Below are positions 1 through 8,564 of a stretch of 64,000 nt of DNA, piece after piece (positions within the stretch are counted from its first letter, which is position 1; the number at the start of each line of letters is the position of its first letter). The notes under the pieces are model-generated. The model was not told the DNA's origin. It did not search any database and was given only the letters and a program-made list of their open reading frames with translations. The position numbers and the translations under genes were made by a program. Source of the DNA: a virus; the IMG/VR virus record IMGVR_UViG_3300013901_000001. One strand, 5' to 3'.

Positions 1-321
1 GAAGCTGATGTGAACAGTTACTTGAATTTCTGCAAGGTGAAAATGTTCCGTCCTCTTATTAACGGTGACACAGAAGAATGCTGTGAATTTATCTATAACG
101 GAGAGCCATACGGCCAGAGATTGAACCACGGCGCAAGAATTCTTGTTGAGATCGACATTTGCCGGGCATTTCAGAAGAAATATGAAGTGGAGATCCCGAT
201 CATTGTTGATGATACAGAATCTGTTGACGATTGGCGTATTCCGGAGATTGAAAGTCAGCTTATTTTACTGAAAAGGACGGATGAAAAGGAATTGTCCGTG
301 AAAGGAGTCGCGAATGGGTGA
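1..321 (+). CDS. hypothetical early protein, possibly 5'-truncated by window edge
   Basis: ORF 10..321; same frame stays open to base 1; stop overlaps next start. Confidence 0.4.
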   Translation, partial: EADVNSYLNFCKVKMFRPLINGDTEECCEFIYNGEPYGQRLNHGARILVEIDICRAFQKKYEVEIPIIVDDTESVDDWRIPEIESQLILLKRTDEKELSVKGVANG

Positions 322-736
322 GCCAGTTCAAGAAAGTCGATTTGAATACAAAGGATATCCTTGCGTTGTTTTGTTTCAACCTATCGGATTTAGGACTGGA
401 TATGTTGGGATTCGTTCTGAAAAAGCAATAAATATTGAAGGAATTAATTGTCACGGTGGAATTACATACGTGGAAAATTATCTTTACGGGCAGAGAGATC
501 AAGACATCTTATGGATTGGTTTTGACTGCGGACATTGTTTTGATGGATTCGACATTGAAAAAATCAAAGAGTACTACAAGGACGATGAACGGGTAATGAA
601 GCCGTTTGTAATAATGCAGACATTTTACCGGGAACGAAACAAAGAATTAGAAGTAAGAACTTTGGAATATGTAGAAGAAGAGTGCAAGAAAATTGTGGAA
701 CAGTTAATTTCACTTGAAAAGGAGGTAGAGGTATGA
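314..736 (+). CDS. hypothetical early protein
   Basis: 140-aa ORF, overlapping start/stop with neighbours in a same-strand operon. Confidence 0.5.
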   Translation: MGEPVQESRFEYKGYPCVVLFQPIGFRTGYVGIRSEKAINIEGINCHGGITYVENYLYGQRDQDILWIGFDCGHCFDGFDIEKIKEYYKDDERVMKPFVIMQTFYRERNKELEVRTLEYVEEECKKIVEQLISLEKEVEV

Positions 737-1044
737 AGTTGTATTTTCACTTTTTAGATTCTGGTGTCATCGGTGGTGTTCGAATTGAAGAGTGCGAGGT
801 TGCAGAAAAGCCAAAATCATATGTTGCTTCTGCAAAGTTTCCAGAAGGTTATACGGACAAACTGGTAAGAAAAACGGAAATCGGCGTGGTTATCGGTAGA
901 TTAAATCTGGTTGTTGTTCAATATAAGAATGACGAAGATTGCGCCAGAAAACTGTTTATCCGAAAGATCGTCGAGAAAATGAACGTTCTTGATGATGAAG
1001 AAGCAAGACTGAAAAAGCTATATGAAATTTTAAACCAAAAATAA
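733..1044 (+). CDS. hypothetical early protein
   Basis: 103-aa ORF, ATGA overlap with upstream gene. Confidence 0.5.
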   Translation: MKLYFHFLDSGVIGGVRIEECEVAEKPKSYVASAKFPEGYTDKLVRKTEIGVVIGRLNLVVVQYKNDEDCARKLFIRKIVEKMNVLDDEEARLKKLYEILNQK

Positions 1045-1057
1045 ACAGAGGTAGGAC

Positions 1058-1330
1058 ATGAAAATTGAAAAGACCACAAACATATGCGCCAAAACAACAA
1101 ACGGCGCAGAAATCAAGATAGGCGATTCGCTGTTGTTTACGGCAGAAGGAAAGAGCATTGTAGGAAAGTTTAATGGATTCGGTAAGCGTGGATCCTTGGA
1201 ATTTGAAAACATTATTGACGGTAGCCTGTTTGCGTTGATGCCGAAGAGCATTGAAAAGATTTATCCGGCGAAATTGGTTGTTGATGATGATTTCCCTATG
1301 AACAAACCAGAAGAAAGTGAGGTTAAGTGA
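1058..1330 (+). CDS. hypothetical early protein
   Basis: 90-aa ORF preceded by GAGGTAGG. Confidence 0.5.
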   Translation: MKIEKTTNICAKTTNGAEIKIGDSLLFTAEGKSIVGKFNGFGKRGSLEFENIIDGSLFALMPKSIEKIYPAKLVVDDDFPMNKPEESEVK

Positions 1331-1332
1331 TT

Positions 1333-2082
1333 ATGGCAGAAACGGCAGAGGTAGCAGTTAAAAACAAGGCAGAAGTAAAGGAAAGCACAAACAAGGTTAC
1401 AGATTATAGCCTTGGAATCTTTGGAACTTCGGACAACTTTATCATGGCGATGCAAATGGCAAAGGCACTTTCGGAATCAACCATTGTTCCGCAGATTTAC
1501 CAGAAGAATCCGTCAAACTGTTTGATTGCGATTGAACAGGCGCAACGACTTAATATCAGTCCAATTATGGTTATGCAGAACTTGTTTCCGATTCAGGGAA
1601 AACCGTCATGGGCGTCGAAATTCTTGATTGCCATGATAAACCAGTCCGGAAAATTCGACATGGAATTGAAGTATGAAGAGACGAAAGACAAGGATGGAAA
1701 GCCGTATTCTTGCGTGGCTTGGACTACGAAAAACGGCAGAAAAATTGAAGGCATGGAAGTCAATATGCAAATGGCAAAAGACGAAGGGTGGTACGGAAAG
1801 AACGGCAGTAAGTGGAAAACCATGCCACAGCTTATGCTTCGCTACCGTGCAGCTTCATTCTTTTCTTCCTTAAACTGTCCTGAACTTACGCTTGGTATTC
1901 ACACAAAGGAAGAATTAGAGGACGGAGATTTCAAGGAATATCCAATGGAAGATTTACAGAAGATTGTGCAGAAGGACATTGAACAGAACGCCAATGCACA
2001 GGAATTTGAAGAAATTGCAGAGGGAAAAGTTGTAACCGAACCGGACGGACAGTCGGCAACGGCTCCGTTTGCAGAGGGATAA
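1333..2082 (+). CDS. recT: RecT-family single-strand annealing recombinase (putative)
   Basis: ~250 aa; segments such as ISPIMVMQNLFPIQGKPSW and WKTMPQLMLRYRAASFF resemble RecT-type annealases; located near SSB and an MBL-fold hydrolase. Confidence 0.6.
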   Translation: MAETAEVAVKNKAEVKESTNKVTDYSLGIFGTSDNFIMAMQMAKALSESTIVPQIYQKNPSNCLIAIEQAQRLNISPIMVMQNLFPIQGKPSWASKFLIAMINQSGKFDMELKYEETKDKDGKPYSCVAWTTKNGRKIEGMEVNMQMAKDEGWYGKNGSKWKTMPQLMLRYRAASFFSSLNCPELTLGIHTKEELEDGDFKEYPMEDLQKIVQKDIEQNANAQEFEEIAEGKVVTEPDGQSATAPFAEG

Positions 2083-2085
2083 GGC

Positions 2086-2490
2086 ATGATGAAACAGGGT
2101 GATATAGAAGACATGATTCGGGACTTTTCAAGCGGTGTATATGACTTGACGGACAACGGAGAATGTACGAAATGCGGTTCGTGCTGTTCGAACTTTCTTC
2201 CTATGACGAAAGTGGAAATTGAAGTCATTCAGAAATACATTACGGAACATGAGATTAAGGAGCAGAGAATTTTAGTTCCAACCGCCAATGTATCATTTGA
2301 TATGAACTGTCCGTTTTTGAACACAAGGAAAGATAAGGACAAATGCGAGATTTATCCGGTTCGACCGAAGATTTGCCGAGATTTTATCTGTTGTCCGCAT
2401 AAAAGACCGAAAATGTCGTTGAAATATGCACTGACCGCAAAAGTGATTGATGTGAGAAAGGAGTTTTATGCAAGCGGAGTGGAAGATTAA
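2086..2490 (+). CDS. YkgJ-type cysteine-cluster (zinc/iron-chelating) protein
   Basis: CTKCGSCC near the N-terminus plus later CP..C and CRDFICC clusters. Confidence 0.55.
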   Translation: MMKQGDIEDMIRDFSSGVYDLTDNGECTKCGSCCSNFLPMTKVEIEVIQKYITEHEIKEQRILVPTANVSFDMNCPFLNTRKDKDKCEIYPVRPKICRDFICCPHKRPKMSLKYALTAKVIDVRKEFYASGVED

Positions 2491-2893
2491 AGGTATTTAC
2501 AAGGCAGACGCTCAAAAGATTGCGGATGAAATAGGGGACAACAAAATTTCTCCGCAAGAGTTACTGGAAAAGGCAAGGAACGAAGATTCTGAACTTCATA
2601 AGTGTTTTGAGTGGGACGATTCCGTAGCTGCCGAAAAGTACAGATTGATACAGGCAAGACAGATAATTGTAAACCTTGTGTATAAAAAGGCCACAAAAGA
2701 GGAACAGCCTGTAAGATGCTTTCAGATTAGTTCCGAAAAAACCGTCTATCAGCCAACGACACAATTTCTTGTGCAAGAGGACGAATATCAGTTATTGCTT
2801 AAACGGGCGAAATCGGAACTTGAAAGTTTCAAAAGGAGATATTCTACACTTACCGAATTGGAGTCGGTATTTGAAGCAATAGAAGCATTATAA
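2468..2893 (+). CDS. hypothetical protein
   Basis: 141-aa ORF overlapping the upstream gene end. Confidence 0.5.
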   Translation: MQAEWKIKGIYKADAQKIADEIGDNKISPQELLEKARNEDSELHKCFEWDDSVAAEKYRLIQARQIIVNLVYKKATKEEQPVRCFQISSEKTVYQPTTQFLVQEDEYQLLLKRAKSELESFKRRYSTLTELESVFEAIEAL

Positions 2894-2911
2894 AGGAACA
2901 AAAATATATTT

Positions 2912-3174
2912 AGTGTACTGGTAGGTGTTATGTTGGCATTAAAGTCAATAATTCAATAAAGCAAAATGCAGAACAGGAAAAATAACTAAAAATTGATTTT
3001 AAAGCTGACGCAATGCCTATCAGTACAAAAGGCATTTTCAAGTGTCTAGTAGGTAAGTTGATTTCTTACCAAAACACTACAGAACAGCAAACTACAGAGC
3101 AGAAAACTATAATGCAGAACAGCGTAGCAAAAAATAGATAAACCACATAGATTTTGACTTACCTGTTAGGCACT
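2912..3174. repeat. intergenic repeat cluster: 18-19 nt motif (two direct, one inverted copy) plus four T(G/A)CAGA(A/G)CAG boxes
   Basis: AGTGTACTGGTAGGT 2912-, AGTGTCTAGTAGGTAAGTT 3041-3059, inverted GACTTACCTGTTAGGCACT 3156-3174; boxes at 2967, 3078, 3093, 3113. Confidence 0.6.
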
Positions 3175-3200
3175 TGATGATGCAAAAGAAAGGAGAAAAA

Positions 3201-3878
3201 ATGGCAAAAGCAAAGAAAATTACAATCGAACCGCTGAAAGAAACTACAATGCTTATTTCTCTTGTTGGAGATACTGATTTGATTTTATCTTCTAGAAACA
3301 GGCTGTATGTTCAATCGGAAGTTTGGAGACAGTCGCATGACAAAGGAAGTGATTTGCCAGATATATTTAAACAATCTAAGAATATTTGGGAGAACAGAAT
3401 TACTTCTATTCACTGGAAGAATCCTATTGAATATCACGATGAAGATATTTCTCTTTACACGGAAGATGAATGGAAGAATTACATGAAAGAAAATCAGCCT
3501 TGCTTGCTCGGAATTGGCTTTAGAAAAAGTTTTAAAGAAGCATTTGTTACTTTTTACAAGGACAGTACAGGTAAAAACGGAACTGATTTTACAAGAGCAT
3601 TGTGTATGGGAGATACCATTTTTCCTATTACGTTTTCTTCTGTAAGAATTGAAGATACTCTTGTTCCGACTAATGAAATGTGCACAACCTCTGTTATACA
3701 GACACAGAATGTTTTTAGCGGTTGGAAATGCGATATTTTGATTAGTTGCGTTGATATTGTTTTCCCACCTGAAACAATCTTATCTGTTATTAATACAACA
3801 GGAAAATATATTGGCATTGGATCGCAACGCAAGAACGGGATGGGAAGATACCACATTGAAAATGTAAAAATGGTTTAG
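3201..3878 (+). CDS. hypothetical protein with C-terminal glycine-rich loop (IGIGSQRKNGMGRY)
   Basis: ATG 3201 preceded by AAAGGAG; 225 aa; no family recognised with confidence. Confidence 0.55.
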   Translation: MAKAKKITIEPLKETTMLISLVGDTDLILSSRNRLYVQSEVWRQSHDKGSDLPDIFKQSKNIWENRITSIHWKNPIEYHDEDISLYTEDEWKNYMKENQPCLLGIGFRKSFKEAFVTFYKDSTGKNGTDFTRALCMGDTIFPITFSSVRIEDTLVPTNEMCTTSVIQTQNVFSGWKCDILISCVDIVFPPETILSVINTTGKYIGIGSQRKNGMGRYHIENVKMV

Positions 3879-3892
3879 AAAGGAGTTTTTTG

Positions 3893-4120
3893 ATGAGAGT
3901 TATAAGTCAGGACGGAACACTTGATATTCCATATGAAGGTCATATATTCGGTGCAAGCACGGAAGAAAATTGCATAATAGCGGTACATTTTAAAAACCCT
4001 AGCCCATGTATGGATTGGTATTCTACGCAAGAAAAAGCACTTAAGGCTCTTAAAATGTTGCGCGAAGCGCGTAAAAACGGATGCGTAGTATTTCAGTTTT
4101 CAAAGGAAGATGAGGTGTGA
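3893..4120 (+). CDS. hypothetical protein
   Basis: AAAGGAG 7 nt upstream of ATG 3893. Confidence 0.5.
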   Translation: MRVISQDGTLDIPYEGHIFGASTEENCIIAVHFKNPSPCMDWYSTQEKALKALKMLREARKNGCVVFQFSKEDEV

Positions 4121-4122
4121 AA

Positions 4123-4479
4123 ATGAAGATTATTGAGGGAAAAGAAAAAGAATACAAGGAATGGTACGACAAAAACAGCGATTCTTATAGCAGAGCGTGT
4201 TTTACATTCGCTGAAAGATGGGCGGGACTTTTGGAAGAAAAAATAGACAACTCTTCCGATTGTCCGATGAAGGTAATTGTCGATAACGCAAAACAATTAA
4301 GTGATGAAGCAAACACAGAAAGAATCACGGGATTTATGTATGGTTGTTCTGTTAATATTCTATCAAGAGTGTGGAAATACGGTGATGAATTAAGAATGTG
4401 GCACAATGGAAAATACAATTATCAGGGCGAAGGAACTGTAAACCCGGCTATTCTTACGGTTGGTGGCAAAGATGATTAA
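4123..4479 (+). CDS. hypothetical protein
   Basis: GAGGTG upstream of ATG 4123; overlaps previous stop. Confidence 0.5.
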   Translation: MKIIEGKEKEYKEWYDKNSDSYSRACFTFAERWAGLLEEKIDNSSDCPMKVIVDNAKQLSDEANTERITGFMYGCSVNILSRVWKYGDELRMWHNGKYNYQGEGTVNPAILTVGGKDD

Positions 4480-5176
4480 TCTGAAATGCTTATCTTCCGG
4501 AAGTAAAGGAAATTGCTATCTTCTGGAAGCTGATAACGGAGAAGTCCTTATCATTGATGCCGGAATACCAATCATGGATATTAAGCGTGGTCTGAACTGG
4601 AATGTGAGAAGTGTAGTCGGTGCGGTTATTACGCACCGGCACACAGACCATAGTAAAAGCATTGATGATTTACGGCACATGGGAATAAGAGTTGTTGCAC
4701 CGTATGAATCCGGAAACGTAAAGTCCATGAGTTTTTCACTGGGAAGTTTTAGAATACAGGCTTTTGATGTTTCGCACAACGGCTGTTGGAATAACGGATT
4801 TCTGATTAAGACTTCGGACGGACAGAAAATCTTGTATATGACCGATTTGGAGTACTGCCCGTATTCTTTCCGGAAGCAGAGCGTAGACCATATGCTTATC
4901 GAGTGCAATTACATGAAATCACTGGTTGACACGGACGCTCCGAATTACGTCCACAAGATTCGAGGTCACTGTGAACTGGAAACGACAAAAGGAATTGTCA
5001 AGGAGAATGCGACAGATAGCCTTGTAAACGTTATATTGTGCCATTTAGGACGTGATACTTGCGAAGAGGACAAAGTTATCGAAGAAGTGAAAAAGATCGT
5101 TCCTAGAGTCATTGTGGACGTTGCGAAAGGCGGCAAGGAATGGATTTTAAGAAAGGTCGGTGAGTGTCCGTTTTGA
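4472..5176 (+). CDS. metallo-beta-lactamase-fold hydrolase (possible recombination nuclease)
   Basis: HRHTDHS = HxHxDH motif; sits between the RecT-like gene and SSB. Confidence 0.7.
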   Translation: MINLKCLSSGSKGNCYLLEADNGEVLIIDAGIPIMDIKRGLNWNVRSVVGAVITHRHTDHSKSIDDLRHMGIRVVAPYESGNVKSMSFSLGSFRIQAFDVSHNGCWNNGFLIKTSDGQKILYMTDLEYCPYSFRKQSVDHMLIECNYMKSLVDTDAPNYVHKIRGHCELETTKGIVKENATDSLVNVILCHLGRDTCEEDKVIEEVKKIVPRVIVDVAKGGKEWILRKVGECPF

Positions 5177-5345
5177 GCGTTTGGATTTCTCTGATTGATG
5201 CAATATCAATGGTGTCTTGCAGTTTCTTGGTGGCATTTTGGTATTTGCAGTTTAAAAAGAACAATAAGTTAAAAGATTTGTTTTGGATGATTATATTTTT
5301 GTCATTATTGATAAGAACAATTATTTGAAAGTGAGGTAAAACGCC

Positions 5346-5777
5346 ATGAACAAAGTAATTATATGCGGACGACTTGTCCGAGATCCGGAAGTGAGATATT
5401 CACAGGGAGAAAAGTCAACGGCTATCGCAAGGTACACGGTTGCGGTAGATCGGAAATTTAAGAAAGACGGAGAACAGAGCGCAGACTTCATTAGTTGCAT
5501 TTCGTTTGGCAAGACCGCAGAATTTGCAGAAAAGTATCTCCGTAAGGGAATTAAGATGCTGATTGTCGGTCGCATTCAGACCGGAAGTTACACGAACAAG
5601 GACGGTCAGAAAGTCTACACGACAGACGTTGTTGTTGAGGAACAGGAGTTTTCAGAAAGTAAGAATTTTTCTCAATCTGCAAATCAGAACACGCAAGCAC
5701 CGCCCGTTGGGGAATCTACTGGCGATGAATTTATGAGCATTCCGGACGGAATCGACGAAGAACTACCATTTAACTAA
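5346..5777 (+). CDS. ssb: single-stranded DNA-binding protein
   Basis: N-terminal OB-fold pattern (MNKVIICGRLVRDPEVRY...), acidic tail ending DEELPFN. Confidence 0.9.
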   Translation: MNKVIICGRLVRDPEVRYSQGEKSTAIARYTVAVDRKFKKDGEQSADFISCISFGKTAEFAEKYLRKGIKMLIVGRIQTGSYTNKDGQKVYTTDVVVEEQEFSESKNFSQSANQNTQAPPVGESTGDEFMSIPDGIDEELPFN

Positions 5778-5789
5778 GGAGTGTGCGAT

Positions 5790-6176
5790 ATGAAGAAAAA
5801 GGAACTTGCATATACCATGCTTCAAGGTGGTGCATCCATTAATGAAGTGGCCGAAAAGACAGGATTCAGCAAAGTTTACGTTAGAGAAATAAGAAGAAGC
5901 GCCATTCCCAAAATTACAATTTCGGATTATGAAGACAAAATTTGTTCCATGAGGGAAGACGGAAAATCATATGAAGAAATAGGCAGAGAAATCGGATATA
6001 GTTCATCGACAATCAAAAACTTCTTGCAGAAGGTTAGACAGGAAAGGAAGATCGTAGAAAACGCCGAGGAAGAAAGGGATCTTACATACGCTTCCAATAA
6101 ACCGCCAAGAAGCTATAGGGTTTCCTATCAGGGGAAACGGTATCTTTGTGAAAACGAGTTTTATATTCCGAGATAG
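5790..6176 (+). CDS. helix-turn-helix DNA-binding protein
   Basis: Two HTH-like segments (INEVAEKTGFSKVYV, YEEIGREIGYSSSTI); AAGGAG upstream. Confidence 0.5.
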   Translation: MKKKELAYTMLQGGASINEVAEKTGFSKVYVREIRRSAIPKITISDYEDKICSMREDGKSYEEIGREIGYSSSTIKNFLQKVRQERKIVENAEEERDLTYASNKPPRSYRVSYQGKRYLCENEFYIPR

Positions 6177-6452
6177 GAGGGTGCTTCCGTGAATCAGATG
6201 AACATATTTGATTTAATTAGAAAACCTATACAGATTACAAAGCCGATTCGTCTCATAGAATTATTTGCCGGGTATGGAAGCCAATCAATGGCATTGAAAA
6301 GAATTGGTGCAAACTTTGAGCATTATAGGGTTGTGGAATTTGATAAGTTTGCCATTGCAAGCTATAACGCAGTGCACGGAACAAATTTTCAAGCATTGGA
6401 CATTACAAAAATTCATGCAAATGATTTGAACATCTGTGATACAGAATCATTC

Positions 6453-6474
6453 ACTTACTTACTTACTTACTTAC
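6453..6474 (+). repeat. tetranucleotide repeat (ACTT)5+AC inside the methyltransferase, just before motif IV
   Basis: Read directly; removing one unit gives ...SFTYLLTYSFPCTDLS... in one frame. Confidence 0.95.
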
Positions 6475-6950
6475 TCGTTTCCTTGCACAGATCTTTCCGT
6501 AGCTGGGAAACGAGCCGGAATGAGTAAAGAAAGTGGAACAAGATCTGGACTTCTGTGGGAAGTGGAAAGAATACTTACTGAAATCAAAGAAGAAAAAGAA
6601 GAACTTCCACAGATTTTATTTATGGAGAATGTACCACAAGTGCATAGTTCGGATAATATGCCGGATTTTAGAAAATGGATAGATTTTCTTGAAAGCCTTG
6701 GTTACAAAAATTATTATCAGGACCTTAACGCAAAAAATTATGGAGTGGCGCAAAACCGTGAACGATGTTTTATGTTTTCGTTTCTTGGAGAATATAATTA
6801 CCATTTTCCACAGCCGTTTCCTCTTGAAAAGAAGTTAAAGGATTATTTGGAAGATAATGTTGATGAAAAGTATTACATCAATAATGAAAAATCCAAAAAG
6901 TTGATAAAGCAGCTTATTGACAACGGAACACTTCCTCAACACAATCTTGA

Positions 6951-7005
6951 GAGCAGAGCAGAGCAGAGCAGAGCAGAGCAGAGCAGAGCAGAGCAGAGCA
7001 GAGCA
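6951..7005 (+). repeat. pentanucleotide repeat (GAGCA)11 inside the methyltransferase
   Basis: Read directly; encodes (EQSRA)n in all three frames, so there is no stop in any frame. Confidence 0.95.
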
Positions 7006-7294
7006 AACTTGCGTTGACGGAACAATCTGCAATCCACAAAGAAGAAAGATTGCGAACTGTATCATGGCAAGAGACTACGGAATCTCAACACAGTCACAGA
7101 CAGGAAACCTTGTTGTTAAAAGGAATGTCAAGTAATAAATACGATCCATATGCAGAAAAAGCAGATATTTCAAGAACCATATGCGCTAGGGATTATAAGG
7201 GCTTAAATAATTTTGGACAGAATGGAGTAATTGAATGGAAATCATAGGAAGTATATACACGGGAGTTTCAGACGGATATCAGCACGGAATCTTA

Positions 7295-7304
7295 GGGGGG
7301 GGGG
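7295..7304 (+). repeat. G10 homopolymer at a frame break in the methyltransferase
   Basis: G9 would join ...HGILGGG to ISRCVKAENHDLGVV. Confidence 0.9.
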
Positions 7305-7418
7305 ATTTCCCGTTGTGTCAAAGCTGAAAATCATGATTTAGGAGTAGTTATGGCAGATGTGAATGTTTTAGGTAGTCTTGAATCGAAATTTGAGAGTACC
7401 AGTAGAATTTATGGAGTA

Positions 7419-7427
7419 GGGGGGGGG
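7419..7427 (+). repeat. G9 homopolymer at a frame break in the methyltransferase
   Basis: G10 would join ...SRIYGVGGG to VSPTLSTMQGGNQ. Confidence 0.9.
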
Positions 7428-7989
7428 TGAGTCCTACGTTAAGCACAATGCAAGGTGGTAATCAAAAACCGAAAATACTTGAAGTAAAACAGCTAGGATT
7501 TATGGAAAACGGAACTGGAAAACATCAGTCCAATACTGTATACGATGAAAACTCATTATCCCCTAGCATAACAACGGTTGAAAATGGTGGTACGCAACAG
7601 ATTAAAATATGCGAAAGCCAAATAGTTGCCATGCGTGGAAGAAATCCAGATAATCCGTCCGACAGAACTGCAGGAAGTCCAACGGAACAAAGACTTGAAT
7701 TAAATAAACATGAAACAAGTAATTGCATTACAAGTGTTCAAAAAGACAATATGGTTATGGAAAATCCCACATATCGCATAAGAAAACTTACCCCGAGAGA
7801 ATGCGGTAGACTTATGGATGTATCAGACGAAGATATTTCCAAAATGGAAAAGGTAAATAGCAACACGCAGCTATACAAACAGTTTGGAAATTCTATTGTA
7901 GTAGGTGTTATGTGCGAGATGTTTAAAAATTTAAACATAAATCAATAAGACCGGACAGTTCCGGTTTGCATAGTTTGGAGGAAAAGAAA

Positions 7990-8556
7990 ATGAAAGTAAA
8001 AAGAACAGTAACAATGAAAGTTAGCCATTTTGGGGTTGGAGACCAGATTACCGTAAAACTTCCAGAATACGGAAAGTTTACGGCTATGGCACATGAGATC
8101 ACGGACAAAGGAACATTATTTATCTTCGATGATTGTGTTTGCGAAAGATGGATGAACAAAGAAAATACGAATGAAGGTGGATATTTGGAATCTGACCTTA
8201 GAAAGTTTGTAACACAGGAGTTGCTAAAGGCATTTCCAGATAAACTGCTTGTAAGGATGGTAAAGGACGATAACGGAGATCTACTTTCCATTCCGACTTA
8301 CGGACAGGTTTTGGGTAAAGACTGGGACGATGAGTGGGATGAGAAAAACATTGAGATCGACAAGAGAGAACAATTGCCACTGATGCAGAAAAGAAAGAAC
8401 CGGATTGCAGATTTACAAAACGAATGGACATGGTACTGGTTGCAAAATAAAGTCCGGTCGTCGTCTCACTTCGCTCGCGTCGATGGCGATGGCCGTGCGG
8501 CCAACTACGGCGCGTCTGGCTCCGGCGGGGTTCGTCCGGCTTTCCTAATCAAGTAA
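7990..8556 (+). CDS. DGR target protein 1 (C-type-lectin-like variable C-terminus)
   Basis: GGAGG then ATG 7990; ends ...WYWLQNKVRSSSHFARVDGDGRAANYGASGSGGVRPAFLIK; 3' end matches the TR. Confidence 0.85.
   Translation: MKVKRTVTMKVSHFGVGDQITVKLPEYGKFTAMAHEITDKGTLFIFDDCVCERWMNKENTNEGGYLESDLRKFVTQELLKAFPDKLLVRMVKDDNGDLLSIPTYGQVLGKDWDDEWDEKNIEIDKREQLPLMQKRKNRIADLQNEWTWYWLQNKVRSSSHFARVDGDGRAANYGASGSGGVRPAFLIK
8453..8538 (+). repeat. DGR variable repeat VR1
   Basis: Gap-free match to TR 56391-56476; 17 of 18 differences are at TR adenines. Confidence 0.85.
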
Positions 8557-8564
8557 TCATTAAT

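Larger units (their letters stand above)
6189..7948 (+). pseudogene. multispecific DNA (cytosine-5) methyltransferase, frame broken at six points (phase-OFF state or pseudogene)
   Basis: Motif I LFAGYGS, IV FPCTDLS, VI ENV, VIII QNRER, IX RKLTPRECGRLMD, X GNSIV. About six target-recognition-like units (..ARDYG.., ..ARDYKG.., ..SPTLS.., ..SPSIT.., ..NCITSVQKDN). These are spread over frames 0,1,2,0,2,0,2. Confidence 0.85.

Noticed and set aside
6917-7247. ORFs 6917..7135 and 7014..7247 as independent genes
   Set aside because: Each carries a methyltransferase target-recognition-type segment (..ARDYG.., ..ARDYKG..), and they sit between motifs VIII and IX. They are frame fragments of the disrupted C5 methyltransferase.
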